In this document: piece by piece, positions 1 through 10,151 of the stretch
Position numbering within the stretch: position 1 is the first letter of the stretch
Layout of the letters: the number at the start of each line of letters is the position of its first letter
Source: Clostridium sp. CAG:793
GTDB taxonomy: Bacteria; Bacillota; Clostridia; TANB77; CAG-508
Length of the DNA stretch: 64,000 nucleotides
Reading direction: 5' to 3'
Assembly: GCA_000433915.1 (NCBI GenBank)
Contig: HF993646.1
Coordinates: 133,357 to 197,356 of the forward strand
Made by a program: the position numbers and the translations under genes
The notes under the pieces: generated by a model
Seen by the model: the letters and a program-made list of their open reading frames with translations, nothing else
The model's database searches: none
Told to the model about the DNA's origin: nothing

Positions 1-52
1 CAGAAACTAAAAGTATTACAATAATAAATACATATAACCAATTATCTTTCAT
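1..52 (-). CDS. 5' end of a CDS that runs off the left edge (MKDNWLYVFIIVILLVS..., hydrophobic N-terminus)
   Basis: ATG at 52..50 is preceded by AAAGGAG (complement of 64..70). The frame stays open to the window edge, but only 17 codons are visible. Confidence 0.3.
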   Translation of the reverse strand, partial: MKDNWLYVFIIVILLVS

Positions 53-119
53 TAGTATGTGTACTCCTTTCACGATATAGTATTGCAAAATAAAAGCAAA
101 TTATGCACTATCTAAACTA

Positions 120-148
120 TTGACAAATATTATTAAATTACATATAAT
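120..148 (+). promoter_or_regulatory. sigma-A type promoter (TTGACA-17-TATAAT)
   Basis: TTGACA at 120..125, a 17-nt spacer, then TATAAT at 143..148. It lies about 37 nt upstream of the small ORF at 185. Confidence 0.55.
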
Positions 149-184
149 AAAGATTATAGATAAATAGGAAGAAGAGGAGCAATA

Positions 185-358
185 ATGGCAGGAAAGGTAT
201 GGAAGCAACTACTTTTAGTTATATTGATAGTAGCATGTTTATTTAATATAGTAACAAAATTAGTAAAAAGAAATTCTTTAAAGAACGAATTGCAAGCAAC
301 TGTTGATTATTTTACTAATTCTCAACAATCTGAAAATACAAGTGATGTACAACAATAA
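185..358 (+). CDS. small membrane protein, 57 aa (MAGKVWKQLLLVILIVACLFNIV...), below the ORF-track cutoff
   Basis: GAGGAG lies 5 nt before the ATG. There is one predicted TM helix, and a strong terminator follows the stop. Confidence 0.5.
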   Translation: MAGKVWKQLLLVILIVACLFNIVTKLVKRNSLKNELQATVDYFTNSQQSENTSDVQQ

Positions 359-377
359 TATTCATAAAGAAATAATT

Positions 378-428
378 TCGCCTAATTACAACTTAAGTCT
401 GAATATAAGTTGTGATAGGCGATTTTTT
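378..428 (+). terminator. intrinsic terminator abutting the RBS of the next gene
   Basis: Stem TCGCCTA..ACAACTT / AAGTTGT..TAGGCGA is followed by TTTTTT. AGGAGA and the ATG at 443 come immediately after. Confidence 0.7.
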
Positions 429-442
429 AGGAGATAGAACAA

Positions 443-2131
443 ATGAACAAAATTTTTAACAAGAATAAATTAATACCATATTTTATTATAGCATTAATAT
501 CATTAATTTCACTTATTCCATTTTTTTCAATGAATTTATCATTTTGCAATGAAGCGAGAATCCATATTGCAAGAATAGTGTCTGTAAAGCAGATAATTTC
601 AGAAGGAGTATTTCCACCATTTATAAGTTATAAGCACATGTGTGGATTTGGATACGCACTAAATATATTTTATGGAGCTCTCACAACATATATCCCAATT
701 ATAATATCATATATTACTAAATCAGAGATAATTGCATTAAAGGTGTATACATTACTAGTTGTTGCATTATCAGGATTTACAATGTTTAATTTCGTAAAAT
801 ATATAGTTAAGGATGATAAGAAGTCTAGCTTAATTGCTTTAATTGCTGCAATTATATATATTTTAGCGCCATATAGACTTACAAATATTTATTCGAGAAA
901 TGCAGTTGGAGAATATACAGCATTTATATTTATTCCAATGGTATTTCAGGGGTTATATTCATTACTAAATAGCAAAAAAGATAGAAAAGAATATTATATA
1001 GCGATTGGTGCAATTGGACTAATACTAAGTCATACCATTACAACGATATATGTTGCAGTATTCTCAGTAATATATATTATAATTAATTTCAAGAAAATCA
1101 AGAATTTAAATGTATGGAAAAAAATATTTATAAATATATTAATCATATTGTCAATTACAGCATTTTATACAGTTCCGCTTCTAGAACACAAGCTATATGG
1201 TGACTATTGCATATATGATAATGCTGAAATGGGAGCAACAGGGGAAAATGTACAAGCTACCACAGTAGGGTTAAAAGAATGGCTTTCATCAGAATTTTCT
1301 AATAATGAGATAAATCTTTCATTAGGAATAATTATGATATGGGGATTATTATTAACCTGTGTTACATATAAAAAAAGTAAAGACAAAGAAGAGTATACTA
1401 CATTTGGATTATTGGCAATAATTGCACTATTTATGTCTAGCAAGCTATTTCCATGGTTTGCTATGCCAAGATTTTTAAATATAATACAGTTTGCTTGGAG
1501 ATTAAGTGGATTTTTTATATTTTTTGCATCATATATATGTGCTGTAAATATTGTTCAATTTTCAAGTAGGTTTAAAGATAAACATAATGTGCTAGCTATT
1601 ACGTGTATAGTTTTGTCATGTATATTTACTGTAATATCTACAATGAATTATTGGGATACATTGAATATGAAAGAAGAAACTGATTTTGAAAATCAAATAA
1701 AAAATGCTAGTAAAATAGGACCATATTCTATTAATCGAGAATATTTGCCTATAAGGTCATTAGAAAATCTTAAGTATATTCAGGATAGAGAAGATAAGAC
1801 ATATGTAGTGTCAGGTGAGGCAATTATATTAAATGAGAATAAGGAAAAATTACACGATGTTATGGATGTTACTGAGGTAAAGGATGCAACATTAGAACTT
1901 CCATATATTTATTATCATGGATATACAGTAGCCATAAATGGAAAAAAAGTTGATGTCCATGAATCAGATAAAGGATTCATAGAAATTAATATTAATGAAT
2001 CCGGAAAAATTGAAGTTGCATATACGGGAACTATTACAGAAAAATGTGGAATGATAATTTCATTAGTAAGTGCAATAATTTGCGTATGTATTTACTTGTT
2101 TAAAAGGAGAGTATATGAAACTAAAGAATAA
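443..2131 (+). CDS. large polytopic membrane protein, GT-C-like (YfhO/ArnT/PMT-type glycosyltransferase candidate), paralogue 1
   Basis: 562-aa ORF with AGGAGA SD. It has about 11 N-terminal TM segments, an extracytoplasmic C-domain and a final TM. The fold assignment is a by-eye inference. Confidence 0.8.
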   Translation: MNKIFNKNKLIPYFIIALISLISLIPFFSMNLSFCNEARIHIARIVSVKQIISEGVFPPFISYKHMCGFGYALNIFYGALTTYIPIIISYITKSEIIALKVYTLLVVALSGFTMFNFVKYIVKDDKKSSLIALIAAIIYILAPYRLTNIYSRNAVGEYTAFIFIPMVFQGLYSLLNSKKDRKEYYIAIGAIGLILSHTITTIYVAVFSVIYIIINFKKIKNLNVWKKIFINILIILSITAFYTVPLLEHKLYGDYCIYDNAEMGATGENVQATTVGLKEWLSSEFSNNEINLSLGIIMIWGLLLTCVTYKKSKDKEEYTTFGLLAIIALFMSSKLFPWFAMPRFLNIIQFAWRLSGFFIFFASYICAVNIVQFSSRFKDKHNVLAITCIVLSCIFTVISTMNYWDTLNMKEETDFENQIKNASKIGPYSINREYLPIRSLENLKYIQDREDKTYVVSGEAIILNENKEKLHDVMDVTEVKDATLELPYIYYHGYTVAINGKKVDVHESDKGFIEININESGKIEVAYTGTITEKCGMIISLVSAIICVCIYLFKRRVYETKE

Positions 2132-3791
2132 GAATACTATTACTTTTATAATTATATTAATTGTATCATTGTTTGTGGCAATTCCTAGCATAAAAATGAA
2201 CATACAATATGATGATGGAATCCAGCATGTGTGTAGATTGATTGGAACAGAAAGATCAATAAAAGAAGGAAATATATTTTCTACAATAATAAGTAACCTA
2301 TGTAATAATTTCGGATATTCATGGAATCTATTCTACAGTCCTTTAACAGCATATTTACCATTGATATTCAGAATATTCGGATTTTCGTATGGAGATTGTT
2401 TACGATTGTTTTTACTATTTTGCTCAATAGCATCAGGATATTCTATGTACTTTTTTGTAAAGAAAATCTTGCAGAAAAAAGATATTGATAATGATAAAAA
2501 ATACTATATAGCATTACTTGCCGCTTCTTTTTATATATGTGCACCATACAGAATAAGTGATATGTATATAAGGGTTGCTATTGCTGAAGTTGCTTCATTT
2601 ATATTTATTCCGATAATATGGAATGGGATATATTCGATTTTTAATTATAAGGAATTTACGAGCCGTAAATATGTATTATGCTTTGGAATAGTAGGATTAA
2701 TGCTGTCACATACACTAATTACTTTTTATATGGCAATTATATGTGCTATATATGTTATATGCAATTATAAAAAAATTGATAAACATGTAATTATTCAGCT
2801 AGTAAAAAATATTTTATTAGCATTAGCAATAACAGCATTTTATTGGATACCTCTTGTTGAAAGCAAGCTATTATGTGATTATGAAGTATTTAATCAATCA
2901 CACATGGTTAGAGAAAATGTACTTGTTAAATTAAAAGTTAGCCTGATTGAACTAATATGGCTTAAAGATGATAGAATGGCATATTTCTTAGAAATTCCGC
3001 TTCTATTAGGGATTATGCTTACTATTAATATAGTAAAGAAGAAAAAAATACAAGATTTGCAGTCATATTTTTTCTTCCTGATTACAGGAATAATAGGCGT
3101 TATACTTACTATGGATTTTATACCTTTTGAGAAGTTTCCTAGTTTTATGAAAATGATGCAATTTTCGTTTAGACTATTGGAGTTTTCATCATTTTTCTTA
3201 TCAGTGATAGCTGCAATAAACATAGGATTGTTTTTTAAAGAGTTCACCTTTGCAAAAATGCTGATAATAGTACTTGTAATAATGGATTTGATTATTCCGA
3301 TAAGCAAAAATATAGATTATCAAAATGGATATATTTCTGAAAATGATCTTATTCAAGGAGTTCGAGTAACAAGTAGTACTGGAAGAGTACATGCTGGTTG
3401 TGCTAGTTTTGAGTATTTGCCAAGTAAAGCTTTTAATAATAGAAAATATATTGAAGATAGGGAAGATGTACCTATCGCATATAATAATCAGACAATAAGT
3501 AATTACGAGAAAAATGGACTTACAATGAAATTTGCTATGGAAGGTACAGGAGAAGTTGAGCTTCCATATATATACTACATAGGATATTGTGTACGTGTAA
3601 ATGGAGTAAAAGTTAAAACTAAGGAAAGTGATAATGGATTTATAAAGATTAATGTTACTGAAGAAAAATCAAGTGTTACAGTAGATTATGAAGGAAGTAC
3701 TTTAATGAAAATATCACTAATAATTTCTATTATATCATTATTAAGTATATTCGTTAAAAAAATAATAGATTTGAGACAGAAAAAAGATTGA
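2115..3791 (+). CDS. large polytopic membrane protein, GT-C-like, paralogue 2
   Basis: 558-aa ORF with AAGGAGAG SD. Its start overlaps the upstream gene by 17 nt. It shares blocks with paralogue 1, for example ELPYIYYIGYCVRVNGVKVKTKESDNGFIKINV versus ELPYIYYHGYTVAINGKKVDVHESDKGFIEINI. Confidence 0.8.
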   Translation: MKLKNKNTITFIIILIVSLFVAIPSIKMNIQYDDGIQHVCRLIGTERSIKEGNIFSTIISNLCNNFGYSWNLFYSPLTAYLPLIFRIFGFSYGDCLRLFLLFCSIASGYSMYFFVKKILQKKDIDNDKKYYIALLAASFYICAPYRISDMYIRVAIAEVASFIFIPIIWNGIYSIFNYKEFTSRKYVLCFGIVGLMLSHTLITFYMAIICAIYVICNYKKIDKHVIIQLVKNILLALAITAFYWIPLVESKLLCDYEVFNQSHMVRENVLVKLKVSLIELIWLKDDRMAYFLEIPLLLGIMLTINIVKKKKIQDLQSYFFFLITGIIGVILTMDFIPFEKFPSFMKMMQFSFRLLEFSSFFLSVIAAINIGLFFKEFTFAKMLIIVLVIMDLIIPISKNIDYQNGYISENDLIQGVRVTSSTGRVHAGCASFEYLPSKAFNNRKYIEDREDVPIAYNNQTISNYEKNGLTMKFAMEGTGEVELPYIYYIGYCVRVNGVKVKTKESDNGFIKINVTEEKSSVTVDYEGSTLMKISLIISIISLLSIFVKKIIDLRQKKD

Positions 3792-3874
3792 ATTTTCAAG
3801 AAATATATAGTAAAATACTGTAAGAAAAGTTGCTGTAATAATGCAAATAATAATTAACAAGAAGAGGTGAAGAA

Positions 3875-5206
3875 ATGGCTAGACCAACAGTTGCAATAGT
3901 AGGAAAACCTAATGTAGGTAAATCAACTTTTTTTAATTACCTTATTGGTGAAAGAAAATCGATTGTTGAAGATACTCCAGGTGTTACTCGTGATAGAGTT
4001 TATGGTGAGACAAATTGGAGAGGAAGAAAATTTACTTTAATTGACACAGGTGGTATTGAGGAAAAGTCTCAAGATGTAATTGCAAGTCAGATGAGAATAC
4101 AAGCAGAAATTGCAATAGAATTATCTGACGTAGTTGTATTTATGACAGATGTAACTACTGGGATTACTCCTACTGATAAGGAAATTGCTCTTATGCTAAA
4201 AAGAGCGAAAAAGAAAGTAGTACTTGTATGTAATAAAGTAGATGATTTTAAGAAATTTGAAAATGATGTATATGAATTTTATAATTTAGGATTTGGTACA
4301 CCTAATCCAGTGTCATCTGCTAATGCTAAAGGTATAGGTGATGTATTAGATAAGATATATGAAGAATTACCAGAAGAAACTGCTGATGAACAAGATGATG
4401 ATAAAATAAAGGTTGCAGTTATTGGAAAGCCTAATGTAGGTAAATCTTCATTAATCAATAAAATCCTTGGAGAAAACAGATTAATTGTAAGTAATATTGC
4501 AGGTACTACAAGAGATGCAATTGATTCAGAATTTGAAAATCAATATGGAAAATACATGTTTATAGATACAGCAGGACTTAGAAGACATAGCAAAGTTGAA
4601 GAAAATATTGAAAAATATAGTGTACTTAGAACAAGCTTGGCTGTTGAAAGAGCTGATGTTTGTATTCTTATGATAGATGCAAATGAAGGTGTTACAGAAC
4701 AAGATACTAAGATTGCAGGACTTGCTCATGAATCAGGAAAAGGTGTAATTATAGCAATTAACAAATGGGATGAATATGAGAAAGAAAATGGTACTTTGGA
4801 GCAATATACAAAAGATGTATATAACAAATTAGCATATTTATCTTATGCTCCAATTATATTTATTTCTGCTAAAACAGGACAAAGAGTTGAAAAAATATTT
4901 AATCTAATAAATGAAGTTGCTAATAATAATGCTTTTAGAATTAGCACAAGCAATCTTAATGAATTATTAGCAGAAGCGGTTGCTATGGTTCAACCTCCAA
5001 CAGATAAAGGAAGAAGATTAAAAATCTTTTATATGACTCAGGTTGGAACTAAACCACCAACATTTGCTGTATTTGTAAATAGCAAGAAATTATTCCATTT
5101 CTCATACGAGAGGTATTTGGTAAATAAGTTAAGAGAAGAATACGGATTTAAAGGAACACCAATAAGAATGCTTGTAAGAGAAAAGATTGACAAAGATGGA
5201 GATTAA
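3875..5206 (+). CDS. der: ribosome-associated GTPase Der/EngA
   Basis: Two tandem GTPase domains (GKPNVGKS twice, DTGG/DTAG, NKVD/NKWD) plus a KH-like C-terminus. GAGGTG SD. Confidence 0.95.
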   Translation: MARPTVAIVGKPNVGKSTFFNYLIGERKSIVEDTPGVTRDRVYGETNWRGRKFTLIDTGGIEEKSQDVIASQMRIQAEIAIELSDVVVFMTDVTTGITPTDKEIALMLKRAKKKVVLVCNKVDDFKKFENDVYEFYNLGFGTPNPVSSANAKGIGDVLDKIYEELPEETADEQDDDKIKVAVIGKPNVGKSSLINKILGENRLIVSNIAGTTRDAIDSEFENQYGKYMFIDTAGLRRHSKVEENIEKYSVLRTSLAVERADVCILMIDANEGVTEQDTKIAGLAHESGKGVIIAINKWDEYEKENGTLEQYTKDVYNKLAYLSYAPIIFISAKTGQRVEKIFNLINEVANNNAFRISTSNLNELLAEAVAMVQPPTDKGRRLKIFYMTQVGTKPPTFAVFVNSKKLFHFSYERYLVNKLREEYGFKGTPIRMLVREKIDKDGD

Positions 5207-5227
5207 TATAAGAAAGGAAGAATTGAA

Positions 5228-5866
5228 ATGTTAAATTATATTGTGATAGCAGTTGTAGCATATTTAATTGGAAGTATAAGTTTTTCAATTATTTTTACTA
5301 AAAAATTTGCTGGATTTGATGTTAGAGAAAAAGGAAGTGGAAATGCTGGTTCAACTAATGTTCTTAGAACAGCAGGCAAGATTCCAGCACTATTAACTTT
5401 AATATGTGATACTTTAAAAGGTGTTGTAGCAGTTGCTATAGGATTACTAATTGGTGAAATGGTTAAAGCTGATGCAAATACAAGAGCAATATTAGTTGAA
5501 ATTGCTGGTGCATTTGTTATAATTGGACATACATTTCCAATATTTTTTGGATTTAAAGGTGGAAAGGGTGTTGCAACAGCATTAGGGGTACTTTTAATTA
5601 CAAATTGGAGAATTGGTCTTATATGCTTAGTATTTGCATTAATAATAATGGCTGTATTTAAAATGGTTTCATTAGGATCAATTGCAGCAGCTATATTGTT
5701 CCCAGTATTATGTTTATTTACTAAAACTGGATACATTGTTGGAGATGAAAATGCTCATATGACATATGTTATATTTGCTATAGTATTAGCTTGTATAGTA
5801 ATATTTAATCATAGAAGTAATCTTAATAGATTAATACATGGAACAGAAAATAAACTAAAATTTTAG
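5228..5866 (+). CDS. plsY: glycerol-3-phosphate acyltransferase PlsY
   Basis: 212-aa polytopic protein with GSGNAGSTN and FKGGKGVAT motifs. It sits in the conserved der-plsY-gpsA order. Confidence 0.93.
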   Translation: MLNYIVIAVVAYLIGSISFSIIFTKKFAGFDVREKGSGNAGSTNVLRTAGKIPALLTLICDTLKGVVAVAIGLLIGEMVKADANTRAILVEIAGAFVIIGHTFPIFFGFKGGKGVATALGVLLITNWRIGLICLVFALIIMAVFKMVSLGSIAAAILFPVLCLFTKTGYIVGDENAHMTYVIFAIVLACIVIFNHRSNLNRLIHGTENKLKF

Positions 5867-5870
5867 AAAA

Positions 5871-5900
5871 TATGAGTATAGCTAATAAGTTATACTCATA
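5871..5900 (+). other. perfect 10-bp hairpin between plsY and gpsA
   Basis: TATGAGTATA, a 10-nt loop, then TATACTCATA. No clean U-tract follows, so the function is unclear (weak terminator or processing/stability element). Confidence 0.5.
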
Positions 5901-5927
5901 TATAATTTAAGAAGAGAGGTAAAACAA

Positions 5928-6920
5928 ATGAGTAAAACAATTGCAATTATAGGAAGCGGAAGTTGGGGAGTTGCTTTAGGTAACCACCTTGGTGAGGCTG
6001 GAAACAAGGTAAAAATATGGTCTTTTGCAGAAGAAGAAAGAGATATCATAAATAATAAACATACATGTATGTTTATTCCAAATATACGAATAAATGAAAA
6101 TGTGTATTGTTCTTGTGATATAAAAGAAGTGGTTCAGGGTAGTGATTTCATTATTCATGTTACACCATCTAAGTTTACTAGAAATATTTTTAAATCATAT
6201 AAGGATTATGTAGGAAGTAAACCTATAATAATATGCTCTAAAGGATTAGAAGATAGCACATTGTCTACATTAGATAAAGTATTTAAGGAAGAAAAGCCAG
6301 ATGTTAGATTAGCTGCTTTATCTGGCCCAAGTTATGCAACAGAAGTATGTGATCATATTCCGACAGCTGTTATACTTGCTTCTGAAGATGATGATATATT
6401 AGATGAAATTCCACCAGTATTGTCAAACGAATATATGAGAATATACAAGTCAAGAGACATTATTGGAGTTGAAGTTGGAGGAGCTTTAAAAAATATAATT
6501 GCTTTTTGTGCAGGAATATGTGCAGAGCTTAATTTTGGAACAAATGCACAATCTGCATTAATTACTAGAGGACTTGCTGAAATAGCAAGACTTGGTGTTA
6601 AGATGGGAGCAAAATCTGAAACTTTTTATGGATTATCTGGATTAGGAGATTTGATACTTACATGTTCAAGTGATGAAAGTAGAAATCGTAGAGCAGGAAG
6701 ATTAATTGGGAGAGGACTAAGTATTGATGAGGCAAGAAAAGAAATAGGAATGACAATTGAAAGTGTTGACAATATTAATACAGCCAAAAAGTTAATTGAA
6801 AAATACGATGTTGATATGCCAATAGTTAATGCAGTATTTGAAGTTTTATATAACGGATTAGATCCAAAGGATGCTGCTAAAATGCTTATGACACGTAGCC
6901 TAAAATTTGAAAATGACTAA
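5928..6920 (+). CDS. gpsA: NAD(P)H-dependent glycerol-3-phosphate dehydrogenase
   Basis: N-terminal GSGSWG Rossmann motif and family-typical GALKNIIA and GLSGLGDLILTC blocks. Confidence 0.95.
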   Translation: MSKTIAIIGSGSWGVALGNHLGEAGNKVKIWSFAEEERDIINNKHTCMFIPNIRINENVYCSCDIKEVVQGSDFIIHVTPSKFTRNIFKSYKDYVGSKPIIICSKGLEDSTLSTLDKVFKEEKPDVRLAALSGPSYATEVCDHIPTAVILASEDDDILDEIPPVLSNEYMRIYKSRDIIGVEVGGALKNIIAFCAGICAELNFGTNAQSALITRGLAEIARLGVKMGAKSETFYGLSGLGDLILTCSSDESRNRRAGRLIGRGLSIDEARKEIGMTIESVDNINTAKKLIEKYDVDMPIVNAVFEVLYNGLDPKDAAKMLMTRSLKFEND

Positions 6921-6986
6921 AACAATATGAATAAAAATTTCCATTTTACAAATAATAAGAAAAAATTGTAAAAGGAAATATGTTCT

Positions 6987-7958
6987 ATGAAAAAAGAAAT
7001 TGGAAAATATATTGCTATATTTTTAGGAATCGTGTGTATTATATTAATTACAGTTCTAATTTATATAAAAAGTACAAATGTGAGTTCAGATACGGCTTCT
7101 AAAAATTTAAAGAGTAAAACACTTGAGGAGATACGCTATCTGGACTCTAATATAATTGAAGTAATGAATAGAGTAAATAATATTACAGTTATAAATTATA
7201 AAGTATATACACGAGAAGTTAACGAAAGAACTAATTCTGGTACTAATAAGTCTAGTTCATCTCAATCAGAACAAAGTAGCAATATGGAACAGCAAAAAGG
7301 AAAAAGTTCAAGTGGTTCTAGTTCAGATAGCGAATCAGATGATTCGGATGAAAATAGTCCTAATAATGCAGGAGAAGAAACATCGAACACTCGTTCGAAG
7401 ACCACAACCGTATCAGATTTAGTACCAAATGTAACTTTGAATAATAATACTAATGATATTAATTGGGATGAGATATCATTTACTATTGAGAATATTTTTG
7501 GGACATGGCCTACGATAAATCTCGACATGCAAGAAAACGGTATTTCAAATGACGATATTAATAATTTCTCAGCTTCTTTAAATGGAGTAATACAGTCTGT
7601 AAAGAATAGAGATAAAAACAATACTTTAATAAATCTGTATAATATGTATACTATAATTCCAAGGATTTTATCAAATGTGACTGATGACAATAATATAATT
7701 AATATGTATAACACAAAGCTATGTATATTAAATTCATATGTTCTTGCAACAACGGGAGATAATTGGAATGAAATAATCTCTAATATACAAGGAGCAAAAG
7801 GATATTTTAATAATATAGTAGAGCAGTCTTCACAAAATACTAATACACGAAGAGCATATATTATAATTGACAATCTTGAAAATATTGCACAATTAAATGA
7901 CAAAGACATATTTTTCATGGGATACAAAAATGTGATTCAGCAATTAGAAACACTATAA
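6987..7958 (+). CDS. hypothetical membrane-anchored protein with a Ser/Asn-rich low-complexity linker
   Basis: 323-aa ORF with AAGGAA SD. It has an N-terminal TM and no recognised domain. Confidence 0.7.
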   Translation: MKKEIGKYIAIFLGIVCIILITVLIYIKSTNVSSDTASKNLKSKTLEEIRYLDSNIIEVMNRVNNITVINYKVYTREVNERTNSGTNKSSSSQSEQSSNMEQQKGKSSSGSSSDSESDDSDENSPNNAGEETSNTRSKTTTVSDLVPNVTLNNNTNDINWDEISFTIENIFGTWPTINLDMQENGISNDDINNFSASLNGVIQSVKNRDKNNTLINLYNMYTIIPRILSNVTDDNNIINMYNTKLCILNSYVLATTGDNWNEIISNIQGAKGYFNNIVEQSSQNTNTRRAYIIIDNLENIAQLNDKDIFFMGYKNVIQQLETL

Positions 7959-7982
7959 AATGATAAACAAGAGAGGGTAAAT

Positions 7983-10139
7983 ATGAATATTATAGAAACA
8001 ATAGCAAATGAGCTTAATGTAAAACAAAGTCAAGTAGAAAAAACAATAGAGTTAATTGATGGAGGAAATACAATTCCGTTTATTGCAAGATACAGAAAAG
8101 AAGTAACAGGAAATTTAAGTGATGAACAATTACGTAATTTGAATGATAGATTAACTTATTTAAGAAACTTAGAGCAAAGAAAATCAGAAGTAACAACATC
8201 TATTGAAAATCAAGGAAAGCTAACAGAAGAAATAATAAATGACTTAGAAAAAGCAGTAACACTAGCAGAAGTAGAAGATATATATAGACCATATAAACAA
8301 AAGAAAAAGACAAGAGCAATTATTGCTAAACAACGTGGATTAGAGCCTTTAGCAACAACTATATTAGAACAAAAATGTGAATCAGTTATAGATTGTGCTA
8401 AAGAATACATATCAGAAGAAGTTCCAACAGAGCAAGATGCTATTCAAGGAGCTAAAGACATAATTGCAGAAATGATTTCAGATGATCCAGATTTCAGAAA
8501 GAAAATAAAGAGTATCTATTATAGAGAAGGTATTATAGAGACTGCAGCTACTAAAGAAGATGAAAAATCGCCTTATGAAATGTATTATAAATTTACAGAA
8601 AAGATTTCAACAATCCCTAGCCATAGAATACTTGCAATAAATAGAGGAGAAAAAGAAGAGTCTTTAAAAGTAAAAATTAATAAGCCAGAAGATAAGATAT
8701 TAGACATTATATGTAGAAAATTAATACATTCAGAAGGAGAATGTGCTGATCTTATAAGAGAAGCGGCAGAAGATAGCTTTACAAGATTAATTGAACCATC
8801 AGTAGATAGAGAAATACGTTCTGATTTAACAGAAAAAGCTGATGAACAAGCCATAAAGGTATTTGGAAAAAATGCAAAACAATTATTATTAGGTGCACCT
8901 TTAAAAGGCTTGACAGTTCTTGGATTTGATCCAGCATATAGAACAGGTTGTAAATTGGCTGTAATTGATGAAACTGGTAAAGTGCTTGATACTGGAGTTG
9001 TATATCCAACAGAACCACAGAATGATATTGAAGGAGCTAAAAAAGAGTTAATCCGTTTGATTGTAAAAGACAAGATAAATATGATTGCTATAGGAAATGG
9101 TACAGCATCACGCGAATCAGAAATGTTTGTATCAGATACTATAAAGGAAGTAAAAGAAAAGCTTGGATTAGATGTATATTATGCTATTGTAAGTGAAGCG
9201 GGAGCATCTGTATATTCTGCTTCAAAATTAGCAACAGAAGAATATCCTGATCTAAATGTATCTTTAAGAGGTGCAATATCTATTGCACGTAGATTACAAG
9301 ACCCTCTTGCTGAATTTGTTAAGATCGACCCTAAAGCAATAGGTATAGGACAATATCAACATGATGTAGATCAAAAGAAATTAACAGAAAGCTTAGGTGG
9401 AGTTGTAGAAGATGCTGTAAACGAAATTGGAGTAGATGTTAATACGGCAACACCATCACTTTTATCTTATGTTTCAGGAATAAATTCAGGTATTGCTAAA
9501 AACATTGTTAAGTATAGAGAAGAAAACGGTAAATTTACAGAAAGAAAACAATTATTAAAAGTTCCTAAGCTAGGCAAAGTGGCATTTGAGCAATGTGCAG
9601 GATTTATACGTATACCAGATGGAAAAAATCCTTTAGAGATTACAGCAGTGCATCCAGAAAGTTATGTTGCAACTGAGAAATTATTAGATACTATTGGATA
9701 TAAGAAAGAAGACATACTTGATAAAGAAAAATTAGTAAGTATAAAGCAAAAGTTAATGTCTTTAAATGTTAAGAAAGTATCAGAAGAATTACAAATAGGA
9801 GAAATAACACTACAAGATATTATTTCAGAACTATGCAAGCCAGGAAGAGATCCTAGAGAGGATATGCCTAAGCCTATATTAAGAAGTGATGTATTAAAAT
9901 TTGATGATTTAAAAGAAGATATGATATTAACAGGTACAGTTAGAAATATAACTGATTTCGGAGTATTTGTTGATGTTGGAGTTAAACATGATGGACTAGT
10001 ACATATATCAGAGATGAGTGACAAATTTGTTAAAAAGCCATCAGACATAGTTTCTATTGGTGATATAGTTAAGGTTAGAGTAATAGGTATAGATACAGAA
10101 AAACAAAAAGTTAAATTATCAATGAAGAATGTAGGATAA
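7983..10139 (+). CDS. tex: Tex-family transcription accessory protein (YqgF-like/HhH/S1 domains)
   Basis: 718 aa. The N-terminus IPFIARYRKEVTGNL and the C-terminal S1 domain (GTVRNITDFGVFVDVG) are family-typical. Confidence 0.93.
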   Translation: MNIIETIANELNVKQSQVEKTIELIDGGNTIPFIARYRKEVTGNLSDEQLRNLNDRLTYLRNLEQRKSEVTTSIENQGKLTEEIINDLEKAVTLAEVEDIYRPYKQKKKTRAIIAKQRGLEPLATTILEQKCESVIDCAKEYISEEVPTEQDAIQGAKDIIAEMISDDPDFRKKIKSIYYREGIIETAATKEDEKSPYEMYYKFTEKISTIPSHRILAINRGEKEESLKVKINKPEDKILDIICRKLIHSEGECADLIREAAEDSFTRLIEPSVDREIRSDLTEKADEQAIKVFGKNAKQLLLGAPLKGLTVLGFDPAYRTGCKLAVIDETGKVLDTGVVYPTEPQNDIEGAKKELIRLIVKDKINMIAIGNGTASRESEMFVSDTIKEVKEKLGLDVYYAIVSEAGASVYSASKLATEEYPDLNVSLRGAISIARRLQDPLAEFVKIDPKAIGIGQYQHDVDQKKLTESLGGVVEDAVNEIGVDVNTATPSLLSYVSGINSGIAKNIVKYREENGKFTERKQLLKVPKLGKVAFEQCAGFIRIPDGKNPLEITAVHPESYVATEKLLDTIGYKKEDILDKEKLVSIKQKLMSLNVKKVSEELQIGEITLQDIISELCKPGRDPREDMPKPILRSDVLKFDDLKEDMILTGTVRNITDFGVFVDVGVKHDGLVHISEMSDKFVKKPSDIVSIGDIVKVRVIGIDTEKQKVKLSMKNVG

Positions 10140-10151
10140 GGAGAGTAACTT

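Noticed and set aside
5236-5736. 166-aa minus-strand ORF antisense to plsY
   Set aside because: It lies entirely inside a well-supported conserved gene, has no SD, and translates to low-complexity sequence. It is a typical shadow ORF. The same reasoning applies to 1204..1443, 2894..3392, 4526..4729, 5976..6158, 7262..7927, 8210..9073 and 9662..10279.
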